In this document: positions 53,651 to 62,370 of the stretch, in pieces
How the letters are laid out: every line of letters starts with the position of its first letter
How positions within the stretch are numbered: position 1 is the stretch's first letter
NCBI GenBank assembly: GCA_963743275.1
Contig: CAVUPB010000001.1
Coordinates: 7,776-71,775 of the forward strand
Length of the DNA: 64,000 bases
Direction of reading: 5' to 3'
From: an uncultured Actinomycetes bacterium
Lineage (GTDB): Bacteria; Actinomycetota; Thermoleophilia; Gaiellales; JALYLC01
Made by a program: the position numbers and the translations under genes
Notes under the pieces: model-generated
What the model was told of the DNA's origin: nothing
Database searches by the model: none
What the model saw: only the letters and a program-made list of their open reading frames with translations

Positions 53651-53878
53651 ATGCTTCAGGAACTCGACAGCCGCCGCGAGGAGACCGCCACCGTGCGGCT
53701 GCTCTGGGACGATCGCACGCAGATCGTGTGGCTGCACGTGCAGGAGGACAGGGGTGCCGAGCACGTCGTCGGCGTACCTGCCCTCGAGGCGCGCGACGCA
53801 TTCCTGTGCCCCTCGCTGTACATCGGCTTCGAGCAGGCGCTCGAGGGCGTGAGCAGCGAGGCGCTCGACCGCGCCTGA
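53651..53878 (+). CDS. Small hypothetical protein (75 aa)
   Basis: ATG 53651 in ORF 53471..53878: MLQELDSRREETATVRLLWDDRTQIVWLHVQEDRGAEHVVGVPALEARDAFLCPSLYIGFEQ... Strong GC3 bias. No family recognised. Confidence 0.45.
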   Translation: MLQELDSRREETATVRLLWDDRTQIVWLHVQEDRGAEHVVGVPALEARDAFLCPSLYIGFEQALEGVSSEALDRA

Positions 53879-53957
53879 CGCAAAGTTGGGGTCAGACCCC
53901 AACGTTGCGTGCGCATCGCGACGACGGTGCACGGTTGGGGTCTGACCCCAATCGTGC
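53879..53957. repeat. Two related palindromic (REP-like) hairpin units
   Basis: CGCAAAGTTGGGGTC-A-GACCCCAACGTTGCG (53879-53909) and GCACGGTTGGGGTC-T-GACCCCAATCGTGC (53929-53957). Shared core TTGGGGTC-N-GACCCCAA. Confidence 0.6.
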
Positions 53958-53972
53958 AGGCATGATTCGGCC

Positions 53973-54923
53973 GTGGCCGCCGCCGTCGACCTCGTCATCC
54001 CGAACCTCGACGGCGAGGCGCTCCTGGGCGCGTGCCTCGAGGGCGTCGCCGCCCAGACGCTGCAGCCGGTGCGCGTGCTCGTGATCGACAGCGGCTCGCG
54101 CGACGGCTCGCGCGCGATCACCGAGGCCCACGGCGCCGAATGGCACGCGCTGGCGGCCAACAACGGCTTCGCGGCCGCCGTCAATCACGGGATCGCGATC
54201 TCCGACAGCCCCTACGTGGCGTTGCTCAACAACGACGCCGTGCCCGAGCCGGGCTGGCTCGCCGCCCTGGTCGAGGCGCTCGAGCGCGACCCCGGGCTGT
54301 CCTTCGCGGCCTCGCGCATGCTCTTCACGGGCGAGCGCGGCGTCAACGCCGCGGGCGACGCCTTCGACGTGCGCGGCCGCGGCGGCTACAACCGCGGCAT
54401 CCGCGAGCCCGACGGCCCGCGCTTCGACGAGCCCCGCATCGTCTTCGGCGCCTGTGCCGGCGCCGCGCTCTACCGCCGCGCGCTGTTTCACGACATCGGC
54501 CTCTTCGACGAGAGCCTGTTCCTGTCGTGGGAGGACGTCGATCTCGACCTCCGCGCCGCTCTGGCGGGCCACCGCTGCCTGTACGTGCCCGATGCGGTCG
54601 TTCACCACGCGCAGGGCGCGTCGTCGGGCGACTGGCGCGCGGCGCTCGAGCGGCGCAACAAGGCCATCCTGGCGCTCAAGGGCCTGCCCTTGCCGCTGCT
54701 CGCGCTCTACCTCGCACTCCTGCCGGCGCGCGAGGCCTACGAGACGCGCGCGGCCCGGGAGGGCGTGCGGGGCTACCTGCGGCGCCTGGCCCCCTACGCA
54801 CGCGAAGCGCCGCGGGCGCTGCGCCGCCGCGGCGAGGTGCACCGGCGCACCGGCCTGCGCGAGCTGTGGCCGCTGCTCACGCGCGATTCGCTGCCGTACG
54901 AGCCTCGGCAGCGCTCGCGCTGA
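53973..54923 (+). CDS. Glycosyltransferase family 2
   Basis: ORF 53973..54923 (GTG): VDLVIPNLDGEALLGACLEGVAAQT...VLVIDSGSRDGS...NNGFAAAVNHGI...LLNNDAV...WEDVDLDLR. Confidence 0.85.
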   Translation: MAAAVDLVIPNLDGEALLGACLEGVAAQTLQPVRVLVIDSGSRDGSRAITEAHGAEWHALAANNGFAAAVNHGIAISDSPYVALLNNDAVPEPGWLAALVEALERDPGLSFAASRMLFTGERGVNAAGDAFDVRGRGGYNRGIREPDGPRFDEPRIVFGACAGAALYRRALFHDIGLFDESLFLSWEDVDLDLRAALAGHRCLYVPDAVVHHAQGASSGDWRAALERRNKAILALKGLPLPLLALYLALLPAREAYETRAAREGVRGYLRRLAPYAREAPRALRRRGEVHRRTGLRELWPLLTRDSLPYEPRQRSR

Positions 54924-54956
54924 TCCGCCCGCCGTGCCGATACGATCCGGTCGCCG

Positions 54957-55229
54957 ATGACGACTTCGACCGACGAGCACCGGCGTCTCCTGGCTGAGGC
55001 GCTCGCGCGAGCCGACAGCGATATCGCCGAGTTGCGCGTCCGCGTCGCCGAGGGCGAACGGGTGGCCGCTGAGCTCACGACCGTGCAACGCCAGCTGGCC
55101 GTGTGCCGCGCAGAGTGCGCGCAGCTCCAGGTCGACCTCAGCGGAGTCATGGGCTCGTTGAGCTGGCGCGCCACGGCTCCGATCCGGTTCGCCGCGGCGC
55201 GGGCGCGCATGCTTCGGCGGGGCGGTTGA
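54957..55229 (+). CDS. Small coiled-coil protein with C-terminal S-W-R-x-T-x-P-I-R motif
   Basis: ORF 54957..55229: heptad-like LAEALARADSDIAELRVRVAEGERVAAELTTVQRQLAV..., then SLSWRATAPIRF. Its stop overlaps the next gene's TTG (TTGA). Confidence 0.5.
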   Translation: MTTSTDEHRRLLAEALARADSDIAELRVRVAEGERVAAELTTVQRQLAVCRAECAQLQVDLSGVMGSLSWRATAPIRFAAARARMLRRGG

Positions 55230-56680
55230 CCGTCGACCCGGCCGACATCGAGCGCGCGTTTGCGGCCGACGGTCCGTGGCAGAGCCAGTTCGTAGTCGAT
55301 GGCCGCCGCTACGGCGGCGACCTGCGCTACCAGGAGGATGGCCGTGTCGCCGAGTTCTTCGGGTGGGTCGGTGCGCCGTCCAGCGTGCTCGAGCTCGGTT
55401 CTCTCGAGGGAGCCCACTCCGCCCAGCTCGGTGCGGCACCATCGGTGGATCGGCTGGTCTGTCTCGAGGCGCGCGGAGAGAACGTTCGGCGGGCGCGCCG
55501 CGCGATGGCGGTACTCGGACTGTCGGATCGCGTTCAGATCGAGCAGGTCGACCTCGAGGACGCCGACCTCGGCAGATTCGGCACGTTCGACGCCGCATTC
55601 TGCGCAGGGCTGCTCTACCACCTGAGCCGGCCCTGGTTGCTGCTCAACGAACTCCGCCGGCGGGTCCAGCTGCTCTTCCTGGATACCCACGTCAGCTCGA
55701 CCGGCAACATCGCGCTGGCCGGTTACCCGGGGTGCCTCTACCGCGAACTCGGACTCGACGATCCGTTCAGCGGCGTCCAGGACTTCTCGTTCTGGCCCAC
55801 AGCGGAGGCCCTCGATGACATGCTCGCCCAGGCCGGCTTCGCGGTCGTGCGCCGCAGCGACTGGCCCGACTGGCCGAATGGTCACCGCGTCCATCTGCTC
55901 TGCGAAGCGTCGCTGACGCCCGCACCGGCACGCCCGGCCGCTCCGGCGACGACCGCACCTATCGTCGCACCCCCCCGCGAGATCGACGTCCCGTCACTCG
56001 ATGCGTCCCCGGCCGAGCTCGATCACTTCTTCGAGCGCACCGGCCCCTGGCAGACCCAGGTCGACATCGGCGGTCGCAGCTACGGCGGGCCGTATCCCTT
56101 CGGCCAGGGGGGCCGTGTCGAGCGCTTCCTCGAATGGAGCGGCAATCCCCGGCGGGTGCTCGAGCTCGGATCGCTCGAAGGCGGCTGCTCGATCGAGCTC
56201 GCGGCAGCGGCGTGCGTCGAGGAGCTCGTCTGCATCGAGGCCCGTGCCGAGAGCGTCGAGCGGGCACGGCTGCTCCTGCGGCTCCACGGGCTCGAGCACA
56301 AGGCAGACCTGCGCGTCGCCGACCTCGAGGAGGACGACCTGAGCAGCTACGGCCGCTTCGACGGCGTCTTCTGCGCGGGTCTGCTCTACCACCTCACGCG
56401 CCCCTGGGAGATGGTCGCCCGCATGGCGGCCATCAGCGACCGCGTCTTCGTCGACACCCACGTGAGCGAGACCGATCACATCGAGCTGGCGGGGTACCGG
56501 GGGCGAATGTACGCGGAGTTCGGCTACGACGACCCGATGAGCGGCACGGCGCCGCATTCGTTCTGGCCCACCGAGCCGGAGCTCGTGCGGATGTTCACGG
56601 AGGCGGGCATGCGCCAGACGGAGCGGATCCAGGCGCCTCCGGGTCCCAGCCCGCGGGTCTGGCTCGAGTTCGTGCGCTAG
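55226..56680 (+). CDS. Tandem-duplicated class I SAM-dependent methyltransferase (two DUF1698/CmoB-like modules)
   Basis: TTG 55226 in ORF 55103..56680. Module 1: GPWQSQFVVDGRRYGG...VLELGSLEGAHS...FCAGLLYHLSRPW...FLDTHVS...SFWPT. Module 2: GPWQTQVDIGGRSYGG...VLELGSLEGGCS...FCAGLLYHLTRPW...FVDTHVS...SFWPT. Confidence 0.75.
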   Translation: MTVDPADIERAFAADGPWQSQFVVDGRRYGGDLRYQEDGRVAEFFGWVGAPSSVLELGSLEGAHSAQLGAAPSVDRLVCLEARGENVRRARRAMAVLGLSDRVQIEQVDLEDADLGRFGTFDAAFCAGLLYHLSRPWLLLNELRRRVQLLFLDTHVSSTGNIALAGYPGCLYRELGLDDPFSGVQDFSFWPTAEALDDMLAQAGFAVVRRSDWPDWPNGHRVHLLCEASLTPAPARPAAPATTAPIVAPPREIDVPSLDASPAELDHFFERTGPWQTQVDIGGRSYGGPYPFGQGGRVERFLEWSGNPRRVLELGSLEGGCSIELAAAACVEELVCIEARAESVERARLLLRLHGLEHKADLRVADLEEDDLSSYGRFDGVFCAGLLYHLTRPWEMVARMAAISDRVFVDTHVSETDHIELAGYRGRMYAEFGYDDPMSGTAPHSFWPTEPELVRMFTEAGMRQTERIQAPPGPSPRVWLEFVR

Positions 56681-56683
56681 TTG

Positions 56684-57373
56684 TCACACCCGGAGCACGC
56701 CCGCCGCGCGCGAGGGGTCGCTCGAGATCACGATCAGCCGGCCCGGCCGCTTGCGGCGCGCGAGCAGTCCGGCGTGCCGCAGCGCGCGCTGGGCGCGCGC
56801 GGCGGCCACGTCGCCCGCCTCGACGACCGCGAGCGCTCCGCCGGCCGCCTGCGCGATCGCCGGGCGCAGCTCCGAGAGCGCCGGCGAGGTGAGCGCGAGC
56901 GCGCCGACGCCGGCCGCGAGCAGGGCCGGGATGCGCGCGGCGACGGCCGCCGGATCGAGCGGCCACTGCTCGAGGTGGATCGCCGAGGCTCCGCGCTGGC
57001 GGCGCAGCGCCTGCCCGAACGAGCGCCCGCGCATCGACCCGGTCGTGACCACGGCTGCGACCGCGCCTCCGCCGCAGGCCGCTCCGGCCTGCGGGATCGG
57101 GGCCTCCAGCGCGATCAGCGGCACCGTCCCGGCCGGCTGCGCAGCGAGCGCGTCGAGCGCGCCCTGCGGCGAGGCCAGCACGATCAGCTTGGCGCCGTCG
57201 GCCCGCAGCTGGCCGAGCAGGTCGGTCACCCGCCGCACGACGATCTCGGGCCGCCGGCGCGCGTACGGCGCGTAGGCGTCGTCGCACAGCAGCACGACGT
57301 CCTCCCTGGGCATGAGGCGCTGCAGGGCGCGCGCGACCGAGACCCCGTGGGCGTCCTCGGCGAGGATGCCCAC
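56684..57373 (-). CDS. Glutamate-racemase (Asp/Glu racemase)-like protein lacking both catalytic cysteines
   Basis: GTG 57373 in the frame of ORF 56684..59467: VGILAEDAHGVSVARALQRLMPREDVVLLCDDAYAPYARR...KLIVLASPQGA...GALALTSPALS. By eye this aligns with MurI blocks (IGVFDSGVGG / LP-E-x2-IY-x-GD-x-A-x-PYG / VIACNTAS / LGCTHYP), with Ser at both Cys positions. Confidence 0.55.
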   Translation of the reverse strand: MGILAEDAHGVSVARALQRLMPREDVVLLCDDAYAPYARRRPEIVVRRVTDLLGQLRADGAKLIVLASPQGALDALAAQPAGTVPLIALEAPIPQAGAACGGGAVAAVVTTGSMRGRSFGQALRRQRGASAIHLEQWPLDPAAVAARIPALLAAGVGALALTSPALSELRPAIAQAAGGALAVVEAGDVAAARAQRALRHAGLLARRKRPGRLIVISSDPSRAAGVLRV

Positions 57374-57387
57374 GGGCAGGTCGGGGT

Positions 57388-59406
57388 TCAGACCCGCGGC
57401 CGCGTCTTCTCCGGGTCGTAGATCGGGTAGCGGTCGACGAGCGCGGGCACCGTGCGGCCGTCGCCGAGCGCGATCTCGAGCGGCGTGCCGACCTCGGTCA
57501 GCTCGGTCTCGATGCAGGCGATGCCGATGAGGCGATCGACCGTCGGCGAGCGGCCCGCGCTGGGCGAGAGCAGGCGGCCGACCTCGCGACCGTGGCGGTA
57601 GACCGGCGAGTTGTAGTCGGGCGGATCCTCGCCGGCGATGACGAGCGTGACCATGCGGTGCGTGATGCCGGCGGCGTGCTCCTCGACGAGCGCGTCCTTG
57701 CCGTGGAAGTCGGCCTTGTCGAGCTTGATCATGCGCTCGAGGTTCATGTGGAACGGCGAGGTGTGGGCCGGGAAGTAGTCGTAGCCGAGGAAGATCAGCC
57801 CCGACTCGATGCGCAGCGACTCGACGGCCGCGAGGCCGTAGGGCCGGAGGCCGAGCGACTGGCCCGGGTCGAGCAGGGCGCTCCACAGGCGCTCGGCGTT
57901 CTCGGGCGCCGTGTAGATCTCGTAGCCGAGCTCGCCCGAGTAGCCCGTGCGCGAGACCAGGCATCCGGGGACGCCGCCGATGGTGACGTCCTCGAGGAAG
58001 CGGAAGTAGCGCAGCGAGGCGATGTCGGCGTCCGTCAGCGACGCGAGCAGCTCGCGCGACTTCGGGCCCTGGAGCTGCAGGTGCGGCAGCTCGGCGGTGC
58101 GCTCGACGATCTCGACGCTCAGGCCCTTCGCGGCCGCGATCCTGCGGAAGTGGTCGCCGTCGGTCGAGAGCGCCGTGACCACGAGGATGCCGCGCTCGTT
58201 GTCGCCCGTGTTGTAGACGGTGCCGTCGCCGAGCATCTTGCCGCGCTCGTCGCAGAACGCGCCGTAGCGCACCTGGCCGACCGCGAGGCCCGCCATGTCG
58301 CTCGTGAAGCAGTAGTCGGCGGCGGCCAGCGCGTCGGGGCCGCGGAACAGCCACTTCTGCAGCGGCGACTCGTCCCACAGGCCGACCGTCTCGCGCACCG
58401 CGTGATGCTCGCCGGCGGCATCGCCGAAGTCGGAGATCCAGTCCCAGCCCTCCCACTCGGCGAACTGGCCGCCCATGCGGCGCTGGATCGCGTCGAACGG
58501 CGTGTGGCGCAGCGTGCCGGTCGGCAGCTCGTAGGAGCCCGTGTCCTCGTCGTCCGGCTTGGCGGGAGGCGGAGCCGAAAGCGCGGTGGCGGCGTCGAGC
58601 GGCGCCGACGTCGCGTCGAGCGGCGCGCCCAGCGGCACCTCGAGCGGCAGGATGATGGTGGGTGCCGAGCGGCGCGAGACCTCCTGGTGGCCCGGCGGCA
58701 GCACCTCGGTCACGCCCAGCAGCGCGCGCGCGGCCGCCGCGTTCGGGAGCGTCTTGTACTGCTCGAAGCTGCGCAGCGGCTCGCGGTCGATCGCGCGGCG
58801 CAGGCGGCGCAGGCGCGCCTGCTCGCCGGCGCCCACGCCGGGCGTCGAGAAGATCGCCTGCTCGACGTAGCTCTCGACGATCTTGTTGCCGAGCAGCCCC
58901 ACGTCGCCGTCGCGCGCGCGGCCCGTGCGCGGCGAGTAGGTGACAACGCAACGAACCTGTGCAAGCAGGGCGTTCCAGGTCGAGAGCACGACCTCGCCGC
59001 GACAGCGCACGCCCACCTCGGGCAGTACGAGCAGGGTGATGCGGCGGTCGTTGATGGTCTCGAGCACGGCCTCCGCCGTGGGCTGGAGCACGCCGACGAA
59101 CTTGTGCATGGGCCAGACGTCGAGCTGGTTGAAGTCGCCGGGCTCGCAGCCGACGCCGATCAGGTACGTGTCGGCGTAGCGGAAGAAGCCGCCCGTGCCC
59201 TTCGTGTCGCGCAGGACGTCGTAGAAGAGCGTGTTGGTGGCGCAGATGAGGTTCGAGCAGCCACACGGGTCCATCGGCTGGTTGAGCACGACGCCGAGGC
59301 GGTCGCCAGGCTGGTAGCCGCCCGGCCAGAGGTCGCTGAGCGGCCCCGCCGCGCCGTCGCGCTCGACCTCGAAGTCGTCGGACCGGAGCGCATAGGAGGA
59401 GTGCAT
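57388..59406 (-). CDS. Fusion protein: unrecognised about 270-aa N-domain + Ala/Pro linker + GcvT-like aminomethyltransferase (folate-binding) domain
   Basis: ORF 57388..59406 (672 aa). C-terminal part: RHTPFDAIQRRMGGQFAEWEGWDWISDFGDAAGEHHAVRETVGLWDESPLQKWLFRGPDA...SRTGYSGELGYEIY...GLAAVESLRIESG. I cannot assign the N-terminal part (…NQPMDPCGCSNLICATNTLFYDVLRDTKGTGGFFRYADTYLIGVGCEPGDF…) to a family. Confidence 0.8.
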   Translation of the reverse strand: MHSSYALRSDDFEVERDGAAGPLSDLWPGGYQPGDRLGVVLNQPMDPCGCSNLICATNTLFYDVLRDTKGTGGFFRYADTYLIGVGCEPGDFNQLDVWPMHKFVGVLQPTAEAVLETINDRRITLLVLPEVGVRCRGEVVLSTWNALLAQVRCVVTYSPRTGRARDGDVGLLGNKIVESYVEQAIFSTPGVGAGEQARLRRLRRAIDREPLRSFEQYKTLPNAAAARALLGVTEVLPPGHQEVSRRSAPTIILPLEVPLGAPLDATSAPLDAATALSAPPPAKPDDEDTGSYELPTGTLRHTPFDAIQRRMGGQFAEWEGWDWISDFGDAAGEHHAVRETVGLWDESPLQKWLFRGPDALAAADYCFTSDMAGLAVGQVRYGAFCDERGKMLGDGTVYNTGDNERGILVVTALSTDGDHFRRIAAAKGLSVEIVERTAELPHLQLQGPKSRELLASLTDADIASLRYFRFLEDVTIGGVPGCLVSRTGYSGELGYEIYTAPENAERLWSALLDPGQSLGLRPYGLAAVESLRIESGLIFLGYDYFPAHTSPFHMNLERMIKLDKADFHGKDALVEEHAAGITHRMVTLVIAGEDPPDYNSPVYRHGREVGRLLSPSAGRSPTVDRLIGIACIETELTEVGTPLEIALGDGRTVPALVDRYPIYDPEKTRPRV

Positions 59407-59465
59407 GCGGGGCAGTATCCCACCTTCCCCGGTGCGAGGCGGGGGCCAGCGTAGACTGGCTGTGC

Positions 59466-60953
59466 ATGGCTGACGGCGGCTATCTCGGCGCGGGCGGGCG
59501 CCTCGCGGGCGGCCCGGCCAACGAGCTCGTGGAGGCCGCCTACGCGCACGAGCTGCGGGCCGCGCCGCGGCTCGCGCACGACCTCTCGCTGTCCGACATC
59601 GCGCATGCCGTGGCGCTCGCCGAGAGCGGCGCGCTGCCGCCCGCGACCGCGCGCGCGCTGCTCGGCGGCCTGCTCGAGCTGCACGCCATCCCGGCGGCGG
59701 AGTTCCCCTGGCAGGCCGCGCTCGGCGACGCCTTCAACTCGCGCGAGGCCGAGCTCGTGCGCCACATCGGCAGCGACGCCGCCGGCTGGCTGAGCGCGGG
59801 CCGCCCCCGGCGCGAGGCGTTCCGCGTCGCGCTGCGCGCCTGCGCCCGGCGCGGCGCGGCCGAGCTCGCGGGCGCGCTCGCCGGCGGCGCCGCGGCACTC
59901 GCGCAGCATGCGCGTGCGCTGCGCGGGGCGCTCGCCGCCGACTACACCTACCTCCAGGCCGCCCAGCCGACGACGGCCGGGCACCTGCTGCTGGCCTACG
60001 CCTATCCCGCCCTGCGCGACGCCGAGCGCCTGCGGCACGCCCACCGCGAGCTCTCGCGCAGCGTCGCCGGCGCCGGCGGCAGCGCAGGCTCGCGCTGGCC
60101 CCTCGACCGCGAGCGGCTCGCCGAGCTGCTCGGCTGCGACGGCCTCGTGCTGCACGCCAAGGACGCCGCCTGGCAGTGGGACGTGTACGCCGAGCTGCTC
60201 GCGACGCTCGCGATCGCCACCACGCACCTCTCGCAGCTCGCGCAGGACTTCGAGATCTACGCGAGTCACGAGTTCGGCCTGATCGAGCTCGCCGACGCGC
60301 ACTCGCGGGCGAGCGCGCTGATGCCGCAGAAGCGCAATCCCTATGCCCTCGCGGCCATCCGGGCACAGGCGGGGCAGGCGGCAGGCGATGTCGCCGCGGC
60401 GCTCACGGCGACGCACACGGGCTCGGCGCGCACCGACCACTTCCACCTCCTCAACGGCCTCGTGCCGCGCGCGCTCGAGGAGGCCGGCGCGATCGCCCGG
60501 CTCGCGGCCGCGGTGCTCGCGGGCATGCGCGTCGACGCCGAGCGGATGGGCCGCGTCGCGCGCGAGGGGTTCACGAACGCGGCCGACGTCGCCGACGTCC
60601 TGGCCGCCGGCGGCGGGCTCGACTACCGCACGGCGCACAAGGTCGTGGGCCTGGCCGTCCGACACCTCGTCGAGGCGGGCGCCGGCGAGCTGACCGCCGA
60701 GGCCGTGACCGCCGCCGCGCTCGAGCTGACGGGGACGGCGGTGGCGGTCGATCCGGCCGACCTCGACCCGGCGGGGTGCGCCGAGGCGCGGCTCCAGGCC
60801 GGTTCGTCGTCGCACGCCGCGATGGAGGCCATGCTCGACGAGGTCGACGCCGCCTGCGCGCGCGAGCGGGCCTGGGCGGCCGACGCGCTGGCCGCGGCGC
60901 GCGCCGCCGAGGAGCGCCTGCTCGGGCGCGCCGCGCAGCTCGCCGCGGGCTGA
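59466..60953 (+). CDS. Argininosuccinate-lyase-like (fumarate-lyase superfamily) protein
   Basis: ORF 59466..60953: YTYLQAAQPTTAGH...RSVAGAGGSAGS...signature SALMPQKRNPYAL. Divergent from the GcvT-fusion gene across 59 bp. Confidence 0.8.
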   Translation: MADGGYLGAGGRLAGGPANELVEAAYAHELRAAPRLAHDLSLSDIAHAVALAESGALPPATARALLGGLLELHAIPAAEFPWQAALGDAFNSREAELVRHIGSDAAGWLSAGRPRREAFRVALRACARRGAAELAGALAGGAAALAQHARALRGALAADYTYLQAAQPTTAGHLLLAYAYPALRDAERLRHAHRELSRSVAGAGGSAGSRWPLDRERLAELLGCDGLVLHAKDAAWQWDVYAELLATLAIATTHLSQLAQDFEIYASHEFGLIELADAHSRASALMPQKRNPYALAAIRAQAGQAAGDVAAALTATHTGSARTDHFHLLNGLVPRALEEAGAIARLAAAVLAGMRVDAERMGRVAREGFTNAADVADVLAAGGGLDYRTAHKVVGLAVRHLVEAGAGELTAEAVTAAALELTGTAVAVDPADLDPAGCAEARLQAGSSSHAAMEAMLDEVDAACARERAWAADALAAARAAEERLLGRAAQLAAG

Positions 60954-60993
60954 AGCCCGGCAGGACGCGGGGCCCGCGCGCTACCGTGCGGAC

Positions 60994-61224
60994 ATGGGTA
61001 AAGGGTATGCCGAAGGACCGGCGGTCGAAGAAGCACAGGCCAACGTCGAGCGGCAGAAGGAAGGGCCGGCGCGGCGCACGCGCAAGGCGGTGTTCGCATC
61101 CACCCCGCGCAAGCACGAACGGCACTTCGTCGGCTGGGTCGGCGAGGTCGACCCGGACGAGCTGTTCGCGACGGGCAAGGCCTGGGGCATCTCGGTGAGC
61201 GAGATGCCCGTCGACGCTCGCTGA
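60994..61224 (+). CDS. Small basic hypothetical protein (76 aa)
   Basis: ORF 60994..61224. The second half is GC3-biased. The N-terminal codons are atypical (ggt aaa tat gaa gga). No family recognised. Confidence 0.35.
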   Translation: MGKGYAEGPAVEEAQANVERQKEGPARRTRKAVFASTPRKHERHFVGWVGEVDPDELFATGKAWGISVSEMPVDAR

Positions 61225-61248
61225 CCGGCTGATTGCTACCGTCGGGGC

Positions 61249-62358
61249 ATGGCCGTGCCCCTGATGGACCCCCACTCGCAGTACGACGGCGTGCGCGAGC
61301 AGATCGCCCGTGCCATCGGCGATGTCATCGCATCCGGGCGCTACATCCTCGGGCCGCGCGTCGCCGAGGCCGAGAAGGCGCTGGCAGCCCACACCGGCGC
61401 CGCGCACGGCATCGGCGTCGCGAACGGCACCGACGCGCTCGTGATCGCGCTGCGCGCGCTCGGCGTCGGACCCGGCGACGAGGTCATCTGCCCGTCCTAC
61501 ACCTTCTATTCGACGGCCGAGTCGATCGCCGCGATCGGCGCGATCCCCGTCTTCGCCGACATCGAGGACGAGACGTACAACCTCGATCCGGGCGCGGTCG
61601 AGGCTGCGATCACGCGGCGGACGCGTGCGGTCGTGCCGGTGCACCTGTTCGGCCACCCGGCCGACATGGGGCCGCTCACGGCGATCGCGAAGCGCCACGG
61701 CGTCGCCATCCTGGAGGACGCGGCCCAGGCCTTCGGCGCCTCGCTCGGCGGCGTGCCCTGCGGCGCCCTCGGCGACGCCGCCACGTTCTCGTTCTTCCCG
61801 ACCAAGAACCTGCCCTGCTTCGGGGACGGCGGCCTCATCACGACGGGCAGCGCCGAGGTGGACCGCATGTGCCGCGTGCTGCGCTTCCACGGCTCCGAGG
61901 ACAAGAAGACGTTCACGCACGTCGGCTACAACTCGCGCCTCGACGAGCTGCAGGCCGCGATCCTGCTCGAGCTGCTGCCGCTCGTGGACGGCTGGAACGA
62001 CGGGCGCATCGCAGCGGCGGCGCGCTACGCCGAGCTCGGGCTGGGCGAGCACGTGGTGCTGCCGGCGGTCGCCGACGGCGCGCGCCACATCTACCACCTC
62101 TACGTCGTACGCAGCGGAGAGCGCGAGCGGCTGATCGCCGGGCTCGCCGCCGCGGGGGTCGGCTCGGCCACGTACTACACGACACCGCTGCACCTGCAGC
62201 CGGTCTTCGCGCACCTCGGCTATGCCGAGGGCTCGCTCCCGGTGACCGAGCGCTGCGCGCGCGAATGCCTGGCGCTGCCGATGTCGCCGACGCTCGCCGA
62301 GGCCCAGCAGCACGAGGTCGTGAATGCCGTCTCGGCCCTCGCCCCCGCCAGAACGTAG
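61249..62358 (+). CDS. DegT/DnrJ/EryC1/StrS-family PLP sugar aminotransferase
   Basis: ORF 61249..62358: GVANGTDALVIAL...PVHLFG...ILEDAAQAFGA...SFFPTKNL...GYNSRLDELQAAIL. Confidence 0.9.
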   Translation: MAVPLMDPHSQYDGVREQIARAIGDVIASGRYILGPRVAEAEKALAAHTGAAHGIGVANGTDALVIALRALGVGPGDEVICPSYTFYSTAESIAAIGAIPVFADIEDETYNLDPGAVEAAITRRTRAVVPVHLFGHPADMGPLTAIAKRHGVAILEDAAQAFGASLGGVPCGALGDAATFSFFPTKNLPCFGDGGLITTGSAEVDRMCRVLRFHGSEDKKTFTHVGYNSRLDELQAAILLELLPLVDGWNDGRIAAAARYAELGLGEHVVLPAVADGARHIYHLYVVRSGERERLIAGLAAAGVGSATYYTTPLHLQPVFAHLGYAEGSLPVTERCARECLALPMSPTLAEAQQHEVVNAVSALAPART

Positions 62359-62370
62359 ACTGCAGGCCCA

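Noticed and set aside
55103-55229. N-terminal extension of the methyltransferase ORF as given in the track (start 55103)
   Set aside because: This part overlaps the better-looking coiled-coil ORF in another frame and translates to Arg/Pro-rich filler. The TTG at 55226, coupled to the upstream stop, is the more plausible start.
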